64,000 bases of DNA from Eledone cirrhosa (GCA_964016885.1 OZ024742.1:53692001-53756000); one strand, 5' to 3'; counted from the stretch's first letter, positions 28,571 to 42,168 are shown. Made by a program: numbers and translations. Notes: generated by a model from the letters alone, not told the origin.

Positions 28571-28970
28571 AGTGGAGTGTGTGGTGTGGTTATGTGTGTG
28601 TGTGTGTGTATGTGTCTATATAGATAGATACATACATAGAGATATAGAGAGATCGATAGATGAGGAAAATTTGAGTGTGTAATTATAGAAACGCACCCAG
28701 ACTAACAGTTTTAGACAATAGCACACGGGCATTTAATTTTCAAGCAAAACTGCAGATTTATCCTGCAAAATTATAGGAATATATGCAGTAATTACTTTCG
28801 AAATAGTATTTGGTGATAAAATCTATAAATTTTCTAATGATATAGTCCGCTACACATTCCGAAATAGTTACACATGACAAAAGTAAATACATGTCAAGTC
28901 ACAATATATATATATATATATATATATATAGGAGGAGGTTATAGTTCACTTGAAGCATTGTGTAATGAGG

Positions 28971-29367
28971 TATAAACGTTAGAATATGTGTAATAAGGCC
29001 AAGACAATGCAGATATGGACATAGAAAAAGAATGCAATAGTGAGAGATATTGATGAGAATTCGTCTTTCACCTTGAATTTATTTAAATGTCCTTAATTTT
29101 CGAGATAATATCTCTTCTTCGGAGGGAAGTAAAAGTCTCAGACCAGCGTCTAAATTTCCAATGAAGCATGGCTTCATTGGAAATTTAGACGCTGGTCTGA
29201 GACTTTTACTTCCCTCCGAAGAAGAGATATTATCTCGAAAATTAAGGACATTTAAATAAATTCAAGGTGAAAGACGAATTCTCATCAATATCTCTCACTA
29301 TTGCATTCTTTTTCTATGTCCATATCTGCATTGTCTTGGCCTTATTACACATATTCTAACGTTTATA
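28971..29367. repeat. Apparently perfect ~197-bp-arm palindrome with a hammerhead variant in each arm
   Basis: Apex GAAGC-ATG-GCTTC; CCCT-ccgaaga-GAG..CTC-GAAA-ATT..AAT-TC-AAGG at 29212-29267; single diverged arm at 52915-53078. Confidence 0.88.
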
Positions 29368-29610
29368 TATATATATATATATATATATCAGATAGGGTGC
29401 GGTAAAAACCAGGTAGACCATAACCCACCAGAGAACTCGATACTTAGGGGTAGTAGTATGGGTAACATGAAAAGATTCAGGACCCCGGCGGCTGAGCTCC
29501 GGCCGTTTCGACAGCTAGATCCGAACTAAAACAATATATATATATATCCCAAGGCTCTGACACCATGAACACTATAAACACAGAGCTGGCATATCTAAGA
29601 ACTAACTAAC

Positions 29611-29928
<318 letters not shown>

Positions 29929-30419
29929 TTATTCGATATGTGTTTTTGCCACACTTTTCCGAATATTTTTGCGGATATAAAGGTTATCTCCCTTGCTGAA
30001 ATCCATGTGCGTATTTTTAGCCTGGGTCTTGTCTTTCCATCCATTCGGACGAAGCTCGTTGATGAAGTAACTCCAGTCCCCCGCTTGTCTGTAAGTCTTA
30101 TATTTTTATATGAGCTGATAGATGACGGTTTAAGGATTTACAGAAACCCAAGAAGCTAGATATTCCATCTCTCTAGTGGGTCCGGGTATGCATTTTACAT
30201 TCATTTCATTTATTGATTTATTGATAATTTATCTGAGTGTCCCGAATCTTCCATATCGAACTTATCGGTTATTTGGTTGATTGTAGACATATTCTACGTG
30301 TGACGGTTTTTAACGATAGTTATAGCTCTAATTTATTTGAATTATAGAGCCCTCTGCCGCTCATCTCGAATTTTGTTTATCGTGAACTCGTGCGCCGATT
30401 TTTCGATACTCGATTATTC

Positions 30420-30472
<53 letters not shown>

Positions 30473-30631
30473 GAATAAAAGCCAATGGACTATACTTCAG
30501 GCCAGTTTCTTGAAGTAAATTGAAATCCATTCGGAATACGGTTTCATAACGAGAATTCTTATTACATTGGGAATATTGTAACATAGAATGAAAAAATGTC
30601 ATTTCGTTTCTTTATACTTACATACATAATA

Positions 30632-31048
30632 CATGGTGGCTGCCAACTCGTTTTCGAGTACGGCCACCACTTTATAACCATGTAGGAGAACCCCTACCGA
30701 TGCGCTGAATGAGTGTGACTTTTTAGTCCAGCCAGCGATTTGGAAACTCTGGTAAAAACACTACACATAGTGCTGGGCCCATGGTACCATGTGACGATAA
30801 GTGCAGAGAGATCTCCAGATATAAAGCAATGCCTGTGCCGTGAAGCTTTTATAGTGAGCAAAGGCACTGCACATAGCCAGTCCCACTCTCTTAACCAAGA
30901 TGATATTTACCAAAAGGAAGAACAAGTCAACATCATTGGATACCATCAGAGTTACAGGTGTTATATCAGAGTTTTCCTTCTCCTTGAATTCTGCTTGACA
31001 AAGTCTAAGGGGTCATCTGTCCCGGTGATTTTGGATGGCCATTGACTC
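30632..31048 (-). mobile_element. Bipartite RTE-derived element, 5'-truncated
   Basis: Reverse complement of 1745-2180. Confidence 0.75.
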
Positions 31049-31164
31049 ATAATACATACATACATACATACATACATACATACATACATACATACATACA
31101 TACATACATTATGCAGAACTGATGAGAAATCTGCAGATACTCCACAAGTGAACTACATACAAGT

Positions 31165-31460
31165 GAAAGCACTTAGTTTCATTGTTAAGGAGTCCTGCTT
31201 ACGATTCCAATGTAGTGTGTTCGATGCCCGGCAGTATACTGTGTCCTTGAACAAGACAATTTATATTAACTTGTTGGTCCATTGAGTTAACAATAACGTG
31301 TAGGGGCAGCTTTCTCACAGAATGATAATGCTGATTCTCCAAAGTAACTGTTATTGTTACACACGTTTGGTATGGAATACTCACCCACTAGCACATAACT
31401 TCACGAGCAGGGTTAACCGTTCAGTCAAGCAATTGGAATATTCCTCGTCCTAACCGGCAT
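31165..31460 (+). mobile_element. Diverged CORE-type SINE
   Basis: tRNA-like head with GTTCGATG, core TGTGTCCTTGAACAAGACA. Confidence 0.5.
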
Positions 31461-31489
31461 ACATCTGTTACATACACATACCATACACG

Positions 31490-31524
<35 letters not shown>

Positions 31525-31550
31525 CCCCCCCCCACACATATATATATATA

Positions 31551-32522
31551 TAATAACTAGGAATTGATCAACATATATATAAATAAATATAAACATGAAT
31601 AATCACAGATAATGTTTACAAGCGTGTAACCACGCATGGCTAGTAGGTAACAAATAAATAAAGTTAACTAGAACTTGAAAAATATATACCTTTTAATGAT
31701 TAATCTTCCCTGAATATATTTCATCAATTAATCAGATGGTAAGTCACAGAAAGTGGATATTATTGGATTATCAACAAGGAAGAACAATATCATCAGCAAT
31801 CCATGTTTACACTTCGAGTCAAAATCTATAACTGGCCGCTACCACGTGTTGTTTTTACACATCACAGCGGCTTCGTCTCAGTGGCGTGAATAAGTATTCG
31901 ACAACTAGAAATAGCAGTCAATTCCCTACAATTAAGGAGCCGTATTTATATATCTATATCCAAAATTAAGATAAATTAAATGAATTCAATCTAAATCGAA
32001 ATTGTGGGTGTCATGCCTTAGCGGAATGCGCCATATCGCCTGGAAAATAAGCTCAAATACTTTGTAGGTGCGAGCATTTTATAATAACTAGGAATTGATC
32101 AACATATATATAAATAAATATAAACATGAATAATAACAGGAGATAATTTTTACAAGCGTGTAACCACGCATGGCTAGTAGGTAATAAGTAAATAAAGTTA
32201 ACTAGAACTTCAAAAATAGATACCTTTTAATGATTAATCTTCCCTGAATATATTTCTTTAAAGAAATATATTTCACCAATTAATCAGATGGTAAGTCACA
32301 GAAAGCGGATATTATTGGATTATCAACAAGGAAGAACAATATCATCAGCAATCCATGTTTACACTTCGAGTCAAAATTTATAACTGGCCGCTACCACGTG
32401 TTGTTTTTACACATCACAGCGGCTTCGTCTCAGTGGCGTGAATAGGTATTCGACAACTAGAAATAGCAGTCAATTCCCTTCAACAGAGTTGTAGAGCTAA
32501 CTCTGTTGAAGGGAATTGACTG
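31551..32522. repeat. Tandem ~530-bp duplication ending in a 23-bp-arm hairpin
   Basis: Units start at 31551 and 32081; hairpin CAGTCAATTCCCTTCAACAGAGTT..AACTCTGTTGAAGGGAATTGACTG. Confidence 0.85.
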
Positions 32523-32531
32523 AAAATATTC

Positions 32532-33060
32532 ATTAGTTAACCAAAGCAAGACCACAAATTTCACAAGGAAGATATTATTAAAAGATTGTCAACATATTTT
32601 AGTTTGATGTAAGGAATGTAGAGAATAATAATAATTGTTTCTACTTTAGGCACAGGGCCAGCAATTACCCAGTACATTACTGGTACTTTATTTTATCGAC
32701 CCCGTAAGGATGAAAGGCAAAGTTAACCTCGGCGGGATTTGAACTCAGATTGGAAAGGGCCGTAACTCTATGCGTCACAGCATGGTGTCCGACCCTCTAC
32801 CGATACTACCAATCCACCTAATAATGTCCGTTTACAATTGTTTCGCTACTCCATATAATATTTCTGGATCAGATCACTATATATCATACTGATCCAGAAA
32901 TATTATATGGAGTAGCGAAACAATTGTAAACGGACATTATTATTATTATTAATATTATTATTATTATTCTCTACATTCCTTACATCAAACTAAAATATGT
33001 TGACAATCTTTTAATAATATCTTCCTTGTGGAATTTTTGGTCTTGCTTTGCTTAACTAAT
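32532..33060. repeat. Foldback palindrome with a family-A SINE (32631-32818, minus) in the left arm
   Basis: Arms match once the SINE is removed; hammerhead 3' half CGAAA-CAATTG-TA near the apex. Confidence 0.8.
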
Positions 33061-33651
33061 TGAGTTCTTCACACGCTCGGTTAAAATTATTGAAAAAATT
33101 AATTGACCCGCGTGCATATTATTTTATTATGCTTCGAAATGACCTCCCCTTTCCGCTTGAGGACAGTGTGAAATTTCTCATTCTGAGACTGCTGGAATTT
33201 CAAATTTGGCGGTCATTCTGATACGGAGAGGGACCATCGCTAGACATTGAATATTGAATATCGGTAAGAAAGTTTTTTTATATCGATGTTTGACGGGCAT
33301 CCACTGATGATTTATAAGTGCCCACCTGCATATATTCCTACGGACTATGTACAGGCTTCTACATAACCTGGACACATTTTTCCCAACTTGTAGAAAACTT
33401 ATAATGAAACAATTGTTTGGAAAGGGAGATGTATTTTAATTATGTCTCATATAAAATAATACAACTGGCTATCCGCAAAATACATATAGTTAGCACCCCA
33501 AACGTAAAATTGGGAGTATACTAAGGTATATCCTAATGTTTGTTGAGTGAGATGGAAGCCAGTCAGAGTATAGCTTAAAGCTTTCTCTGTTAATGTATTA
33601 AATATATATGAGCACTCTATGTTATTACAGAGCAGAGTGTAATATAATATA

Positions 33652-34410
33652 AAACGAAAAATCAGTGATGCATCTGGACTCAGTTTATTGTGTGTTACAA
33701 TTGTTTCGCCGGCAGATAGCTCGAGACACGATCATTGTATGGATCTGTCTGATTCTAGATCTGCAGGTTCTTCGGACGCATACAATACTTTCGGAACAAA
33801 TTTTCTCACTGGGGTGTTAGCTTCAAAAAACATCTTCCTCTCTTATCTTGCTATTGGCTGTTGTTTTTCTACGTCATCATAAATCTGGTCAATATTTGCT
33901 GCCATACTGGCCATCAGCTACTCTCCGTCCGACACACCTCAATGGATTCATGCTGGGTTTGGTATTTCACAAGTCCGCTCACACACACATATGTACCCAC
34001 ACATACACACACACATACATACACATACACATACACACACACGCGCACACATACATATACGCATACACATATGTACACACACATATGTACATATACACAC
34101 CCATATACATATACACACACTCTCTCTCTCTCACACACGCCCACACACGTCCACGACCATATACATACCAATGTACACCTCCACAGCCGCCTGCCTATAT
34201 GCCCTCAAACATCTGCTCTCATACGCACACACACGCACACACACACACACACGTACACGCATACAAAAACACATACCTGCGTACGCGTACATTTGCTCAT
34301 ATACATAAACACGTACAGACATATACATAGACACACACACGCACATACACACGCCTGTCCTTATAGAGGGGCACAAAGACAGACACGCTCCTAAAGAGAC
34401 ATACACACAT

Positions 34411-34444
<34 letters not shown>

Positions 34445-35147
34445 CTACATATATGTATATGTACACGCACATAAACATACTCACAAACAATCCCTACCCT
34501 ATGTAGGTGTACATACACACATACACACACATCCACACACACACACACATATAAATACATATGTGTGTGCGTATATATGTATGTGCGCGCGCGTGTGTAT
34601 GTGTATGTGTATATATGTGTGTGTGTATATGTGTGGGTATATATGTGTGTGTGAGCGGACTTGTGAAATACCAAACCCAGCATGAGTCCATTGAGGTGGG
34701 TCGGACGGAGAGTGGCTGATGGCCAGTATGGCAGCAAATATTGTTTCTACTTTAGGCACAAGGCCAGCATTTACCCAGTGCATTACTGGTACTTTATTTT
34801 ATCGACGCCGTAAGGATGAAAGGCAAAGTCAACCTCGGCGGGATTTGAACTCAGATCGTAAAGGGACGTAACTATGCTGGAAAGCATGGCGTCCGACCCT
34901 CTACTGATACTGCCAATGACCAGAATTTATGATGACGTAGAAAAACAACAGCCAATAGCAAGACGAGAGAGGAAAATGTTTTTTGAAGCTAACACCCCAG
35001 TGAGAAAATTTGTTCCGAAAGTATTGCATGTGTCTGAAGAACCTGCAGATCTAGAATCAGACAGATCCATACAATGATCGTGTCTCGAGCTATCTGCCGG
35101 CGAGTCCAGATGCATCACGAGTCCAGATGCATCACTGATTTTTCTTT

Positions 35148-35150
<3 letters not shown>
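33652..35150. repeat. ~1.5-kb inverted duplication with a family-A SINE (34738-34917, minus) in the right arm
   Basis: 33652-34000 is mirrored by 34640-34742 plus 34918-35150. Confidence 0.8.
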
Positions 35151-35207
<57 letters not shown>

Positions 35208-35353
35208 AAGCTGCAAACGGTAAAACGGTAGAACCCGAAAGGCTTGGGATTGACAGACAAAACCATCTACCCTCCACGTTAGCTACACCATAGTCAATGC
35301 AAATTTGTGCATAAGGGTGGTTTTGCATAATATATACATGTTAATGTATATGC

Positions 35354-35498
35354 ATAGCATAGTTACGTCCCTTTACAGTCTGAGTTCAAATCCCGCCGAG
35401 GTTAACTTTGCCTTTCATCCTTACGGGGTCGATAAAATAAAGTACCAGTAATGTACTGGGTAATTGCTGGCCTTGTGCCTAAAGTAGAAACAATTATT
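35354..35498 (+). mobile_element. 5'-truncated family-A SINE
   Basis: Identity to 18576-18718. Confidence 0.8.
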
Positions 35499-35960
35499 AG
35501 AAATAGCAAGAAAAAGAACTATGTGACATTGAAGTGGAGCTGTAAAATCTTGTTTTGTAAAAGATTTCAATTTAAGTATACAAACACTTAATTTATACAG
35601 TAAACTACCAATTAACGGATATAGCCTAGATCATCAGGTGAATGGAAATCCTCACATAATGTGAACCTTTCGAAGTTGTAATGAATGAAATGGTAATAAA
35701 ATTGAAGTTTTGTATAATTAACAAATCATGTTTGTTAATATATTCCTCTAACTTTCGGCAAAAAGACTTTAGTTAGAAATGAATATCATTTTTTAGTGTA
35801 AATTAAACATTAAAGGTGGCTGTATGGTTAAAGAGTTCGCCTCAGAACCTCTTCATTCTCGCTACATGGCAACTTGAGAAGGTATCTTCTTACATTCTAC
35901 TATAACCTCTGAATGATCAATGCCTTGAGAATGGAATTTATAGAAAAGCACTGAGCCCCA

Positions 35961-36029
<69 letters not shown>

Positions 36030-36036
<7 letters not shown>

Positions 36037-36767
36037 GGAAAACGAAGAATCAGTGATGCATCGGAACACAATTTATTAGCGTATTACAATTGTTCTCGAG
36101 TTGTTCACCGGAGAAACAATGCTCATCTGGCATACCGCCTATGGACGCATCCAAGCAACCTTACTACAAATATATTCGTTTTCGATCGCTGTCGACATTC
36201 TTCACACATGTCGTAAAACTCCTCTGGTTTCGATGGTTTACGACACGTTTTACAACTGTCGTAAAACTGTTTTGGATTATCTCCCTTTCCCTTCTCCCTC
36301 TCACTTCCGGTTGCCCCCCTCTCTCTCTCTCCATTTCGATTGAGTTGACACGGTAGCACTGGGCTCCTGTTATTCACCCCCCCCCCAGACTTACGTCTAA
36401 TCGGTACACTATAACTTATTCTATCCTAATTTTTCCTCGATTACTCACTTACATGTTCCACTATCTGGTCTGTTTACCCTTTTTTCTCTCTCTTCCTCTC
36501 TCCTCGCTACCTTTCCCCCTTTTTTTCTTCTTTTTTGCTTTTTTCTTCTTTTTCTTCTTTTCTTCTTCTTTTTCCTTCCTTTTTCTTTTTTTCCACTCCT
36601 TGGGCGCACCGCTGATCGCTTATAGATGTCCTGTATTAAGCGCCGAAACATCTTGATCTCGGTTTTACAGCTGATGAAGGATTTCCTGTCTTCTTTTCTT
36701 TTCTTCTCTTGTTTCGTCCATACTACCATCTTAAACTTTGTTTACAGTCACCACACAGCTCCTTTCG

Positions 36768-36770
<3 letters not shown>
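36030..36770 (-). mobile_element. LTR-retroelement-like remnant (polypurine tract plus ~345-bp LTR)
   Basis: Minus strand G10 tract immediately followed by TG at 36376; AATAAA near the end; terminus related to 33652-33700. Confidence 0.4.
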
Positions 36771-36812
<42 letters not shown>

Positions 36813-36924
36813 TCTAACTTAATAGCACCAGCCTGGGAAGTCTTACAAATCAGTGTTTGGGCACCATGCCCCACTCGAGCAGAGAGTTATTGTTTACGGA
36901 GGCTTATCCGGGTATATATATATA

Positions 36925-37510
36925 TAATAACTGTTTCTACTTTTGGCACAAGGCCAGAAAATACTCAGTACATTACTGCTACTTTATTTTATCGACCCCG
37001 TAAGGATGAAAGGCAAAGTCAACCTCGGCGGAATTTGAACTCAGATTGGAAAGGGCCGTAACTCTATGCACCAAAGCATGGCGTCCGACCCTCTACCGAT
37101 ACTGCCAATCCACCTAATAACAATAATAATTGTTTCTACTTCAGACACAAGGCCAGAAATTTGAAAGGAAGGGGAAAGTCGATTAAATCGACCCCAGTGC
37201 ATTACTGGTGGTTTATTTTATCGACCCCGTAAGGATAAAAGGCAAAGTTAACCTCGGCAGGATTTAAACTCAGATCATAAAGGACCATAACTCTCTGCCG
37301 CAAAGCATGGTGTCCTTCCCTCTACCGATACTGCCAATCCTAATAATTGTTTCTACTATTGGCACAAGGCCAGCAATTACCCAGTGCATTACTGGTACTT
37401 TATTTTATCGACCCCGTAAGGATGAAAAGCAAAGTTAACCTCGGCGGGATTTGAACTCAGAATGGCAAGGCCGTAACTCCATGCGTCAAAGCATGGCGTC
37501 CGACCCTCTA
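36925..37510 (-). mobile_element. Three tandem family-A SINEs
   Basis: Units ~36925-37115, 37125-37342, 37343-37510 joined at TAATAA. Confidence 0.85.
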
Positions 37511-37626
37511 TAATCATATTATTCGGAGGTTGACGACGGTTGACGACGGCCACCACCTTTAAAATTCATAGCTAAAGGTTTTCAAATATGTTTTCATAAA
37601 CAACGCATATTATTTATTATACAAAC

Positions 37627-37815
37627 CGGTGGAGTGGCAGTATTGGTAGAGAGTCGGACGCCATGCTTTCCAGCATAGTTACGTCCCTTTACGGTTTGAG
37701 TTCAAATCCCGCCGGGGTTAACTTTGCCTTTCATCCTTACGGGGTTGATAAAATAAAGTACCAGTAATGTACTGGGTAATTGCTGGCCTTGAGCCAAAAG
37801 TAGAAACAATTATTT
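37627..37815 (+). mobile_element. Family-A SINE
   Basis: Identity to 18529-18718. Confidence 0.85.
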
Positions 37816-37840
37816 ATTATACAAACCTTACATACTTGTA

Positions 37841-39048
37841 CGAGGTACACTCAAGACGTTTTGAGACTTTTATCCGGGAGACATTTATTTAACTCAGATA
37901 AACACAAAACTCTAGTCTCCCTTAAAGTAGGATCCTCAAACTTTAATACACTTACTGTAGCACTGTAGCCAATTCTGGTAGCCCCCCCCCCCCCTTGTAG
38001 TCCTCAATAATGAAGGTGCCCACGGCGTTTTTCACAACCATATTTATCTCTTCCACATCCTCAAAGCGGATACCGCTGAGCTTCTCTTTCAGCTGCGGGA
38101 ACATCGAGAAGCTGCATGGGGCTAAGTCTGGACTATAGGGAGGACGAGGGACAGCCTTGATCCCAATATCGGCCAAGGAGTGGTCACCAAGATGGAGTTG
38201 TGGCAGGGATCATTATCCTGGTACAAATGCCACTTTCCAGACTTGAAGAGTTCTGGTCTCTTGAAACCAAATCTCTCCGAAATGATTCAAAACCTCTACA
38301 TAGTACTCTTTGTTGACTATCTACCCGTCGGGGAGCCATTGGATGTAGATGATACCCATGCTGTCGAAGAATGGGATCAGCATGAGCTTCTCAATTGACA
38401 TGCTTTGTCTGGCTTCTTAGTTGCTGGTGAGTCAGAATGTTTCCACTGTGCACTCAGTCTCTTGGGCTCTCGTCACAGGTAACCAGTGACTCACTGACAC
38501 TTGATCCACTCGACCATCTCCTTGCTCTCATAAAGGCGTCTCTGACTTTGATCTTCATTGAGCACCGTGGGAACAAACAGTGTACAATGTTCAGATCGTT
38601 ACTTCAAATTGTTTAGCAAATTGTTTTGCGAGTTTTGTCGACCAACCATGGCGCCCTCATGTCCCTCTCTCTCTATTACACCACCCGTCGTCCCTCACCT
38701 GCTCGCTACCCTCCTGGAATATTTTGCGCCAGCAGAAAACAGTCGCCCGGCTCATGAAAGTTAGTACGTAAGCAGTTTTGACCATTTCATAGCTTTCTGC
38801 AGCATGTTCGTCGAGCTTGACACAAAACTTTCTTTCATATCGAGCATCCAAGTTCTTTTCACGTCTCGGCTACATTATGGAACCAGTCAGCTGCGACAAG
38901 ATGGTATAGCAGCCCGAACCCTCAACATGGGGAAAAAAAGATTTGGTATTTTAGCTTATAAAAACCATATCAAGTATACATTAGAGTGACAGTCCAACTA
39001 AAAGTGCCTGGAAAGGACAAAGTCTCAAACTTTCTTGAGTATAGCACG
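37841..39048 (-). mobile_element. Mariner transposon relic
   Basis: TIRs CGAGGTACACTCAAGACGTTTTGAGACTTT / AAAGTCTCAAACTTTCTTGAGTATAGCACG, TA TSD; PPYSPDLAPCSFSMFPQLK motif; N-terminal KFCVKL..AAESYEMVKTAY; many frameshifts. Confidence 0.9.
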
Positions 39049-39068
39049 TATGTATACAACTATGTTGG

Positions 39069-39099
<31 letters not shown>

Positions 39100-39235
39100 C
39101 ACGCGTGCACAAACACATACGCACACACCCCTAAATATATATATATATATACAAATAAAAGGCAGAGTTAATAACTCATATTGATACCCTGTAATTAACA
39201 AGCTCAGTATAAATGCTGAGCATTATATAATATAG

Positions 39236-39423
39236 GGCGGTGGATTGGCAGTATCGGTAGAGGGTCGGACGCCATGCTTTCCAGCATAGTTACGACCCTT
39301 TACGATCTGAGTTCAAATCCCGCCGAGGTTGACTTTGCCTTTCATCCTTACGGGGTCGATAAAATAAAGTACCAGTAATGCACTGGGTAATTGCTGGCCT
39401 TGTGCCTAAAGTAGAAACAATTA
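39236..39423 (+). mobile_element. Family-A SINE
   Basis: Identity to 18529-18718. Confidence 0.85.
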
Positions 39424-39436
39424 TATAATAATATAT

Positions 39437-39637
39437 GTAGTAATAAACTCAGTAAATCAGTAAATCGTGTGTCTAAAATTACGAGGGTTGAAATACCACG
39501 TTTGTTTGACAAATTTAACCTGAAGCAGACGGAAATCAGTATATTTTCTGTATTTCCGTCTGCTTCAGATTAAATTTGTCAAACCAACGTGGTATTTCAA
39601 CCCTCGTAATTTTAGACACACGATTTACTGTGTTTAT

Positions 39638-39642
<5 letters not shown>
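39437..39642. repeat. Foldback palindrome ending in (TA)n
   Basis: ~90-bp arms CAGTAAATCGTGTGTC..GACGGAAAT / ATTTCCGTC..GACACACGATTTACTG. Confidence 0.85.
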
Positions 39643-39714
<72 letters not shown>

Positions 39715-39882
39715 TAACAGATTAAAGTTTAAGCAAAGAATCGTTGCCTTCACCCTTAACGGGATAGGGTTTTTATATATATCTATATATATATATTATC
39801 CTTATCGAGCGCTCTTCGGATTTTAGTCTTCACATTTATTATTATTACTATATGTGTATATATATATATGTATATATTATAT

Positions 39883-40659
39883 TTTTAGTAGCCTGAGATT
39901 AACATGTCCACCTTGCTTTCAGTCTTTGCACACGGTACTAGACAAAATTGTTTCATCATTCATTTGTTGGGGCAGTTTTGTATGATGCCAGTTTGTATTT
40001 TGAACTCGAGAATCTTATATTCTCCGAGAGAGAAAAGCCTTCTGACGAGGATCGCTTTCTCAATGGAAATCCGCCTGGATTATTTATTTGTTTTGGGATC
40101 TGAAACCGCGGTATAGGCACATATAGTAAGTACAGTGAAGTTTTTGAAATTTATTTTAAAATTTTTTCTTTATTTGCTTTCCCTTGATTTTATATATTCT
40201 GGTTTGTTAATTTATTAACTTGCATTGAACCACACTGACATACGGTCGGACTATACTTGTATCCCTATGTGTATTATTTACATGTAGGAACACATACTTT
40301 TATTATTATTCTCCCCAATGGTAGAGAAACCTTTGGTCATTTGAACGTCTGCTATTTTGAGTAGCGAGAGATTGACCTGTCCACCTTGCTTTCAGTCTTT
40401 CCACACGGTACTAGACAAAATTGTTTCATCATTCATTTGTTGGGGCAGTTTTGTATGGCGCCAGTTTGTATTTTGAACTCGAGAATCTTATATTCTCCGA
40501 GAGAGAAAAGCCTTCTGACGAGGATCTTTTTCTCAATAGAAATCCGCCTGGATTATCTACTTGTTTTGGGATATGAAACCGCGGTAAAGGCACGTATAGT
40601 AAGTACAGTGAATTTTTTGAAATTTATTAAAAAATGTTTTCTTTATTTGCTTACCCTTG

Positions 40660-40665
<6 letters not shown>
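39883..40665 (+). mobile_element. Retrozyme-like tandem: 473-bp non-coding unit delimited by two hammerheads, (TA)n flanks
   Basis: Hammerheads at 40037-40118 and 40510-40591: GCCTT-CTGACGA-GGATC..GAT(C/A)T-GAAA-CCGCGG-TA-(T/A)AGGC. Confidence 0.75.
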
Positions 40666-40753
<88 letters not shown>

Positions 40754-40818
40754 GCATGCTGTTAAGGCATGACACCCACTTTCGATTTGGATTAAATTCA
40801 TTTAATTTATCTTAATTT

Positions 40819-40860
<42 letters not shown>

Positions 40861-40898
40861 TAAATATACACGGGTGTGTATGATTGTGTATAGAAGAT

Positions 40899-41289
40899 TA
40901 TATTAATAAGAGGAATTCCAACTTTGTCTGATTTACTCGTTTTATTTACAATCCTTTAAAATTTATAATGGTATTACAATGAAATAGTATGATAGAATAT
41001 TAAATTCTAAGTGTTAATTGAACAAGTACTTTCATGCTTTCGCAATCTTCAGGTTCATAATATGTGGTGACAGTCAAGTTTGCAATTTTCAACTGTTGAA
41101 AATTGCAAACTTCACTGTCACCACATATTATGAACCTGAAGATTGCGAAAGCATGAAAGTACTTGTTCAATTAACACTTAGAATTTAATATTCTATCATA
41201 CTATTTCATTATAATACCATTATAAATTTTAAAGGATTGTAAATAAAACGAGTAAATCAGACAAAGTTGGAATTCGTCTTATTAATATA
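40899..41289. repeat. Near-perfect ~195-bp-arm palindrome with minimal hammerheads (41131-41169 +, 41019-41057 -)
   Basis: TGAAC-CTGAAGA-tTGC gaaa GCAt-GAAA-GTAC-TT-GTTCA; 1-nt apex at 41094. Confidence 0.88.
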
Positions 41290-41427
41290 TAAATATATAT
41301 ATATATATAGTGATAAAACACTGGAAGGTATTATGCGTAGTGGTAGAGCACTCGGTCCATGGGACGAGTTAGGTAGAAGTGGTTACACAACAGTTAGTTC
41401 ACCATACCAACTAACTGTTGTGTAACC

Positions 41428-41520
<93 letters not shown>

Positions 41521-41805
41521 CTATTACTCTATCATATAGCGACGGTTGCATATTTTTGTTAAATTCCTATACTTGTAACTTATTTAAAATAATTTTCCAA
41601 ATTTAGATTTTCCCACCAAAATATATGCAATTCTTCATTTTCCTAATTTTCGAAAGTTGCTGACATTATGATCTTGGTAAAACAAATGTATCTACATTCG
41701 TATTTATTTAAAAAAAATTTCTAAGACATAAACAATAACTTTCTTCGTGTGCTTATAATCAGATTGGCCTTTTGATACGTGTATTAAATAAACATTAATC
41801 TTATT

Positions 41806-41843
<38 letters not shown>

Positions 41844-42168
41844 TGTTATACATGGGGAGGGTCATATTTGTGTAATAATATTGCTAGAATTAATAACAGA
41901 ACACACTCACTGTTTGGTTGGTGTTCGCTTTTGTGTCTTTTATATCGGTTAATTTAATTTATTCGGTCCTCAATGTTACCATTGAATGACCAACGGTCAA
42001 AAATACAGATACAATATAGACACAAACACATATATATAGTCTAACAAAGTTCTTTCGTTGCACATCTGCAACATCGTCAGTGGTGCTATTATGTTTCCTC
42101 CCGTTGCATTGTGTGCCTACGCCATCTTTATTTAGTCTGTTTATTTATTTATTTATTTATTCATCGCC

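Noticed and set aside
29930-30410. Possible PLE N-terminal coding remnant on the minus strand
   Set aside because: Only a weak FL..C motif; too little to call
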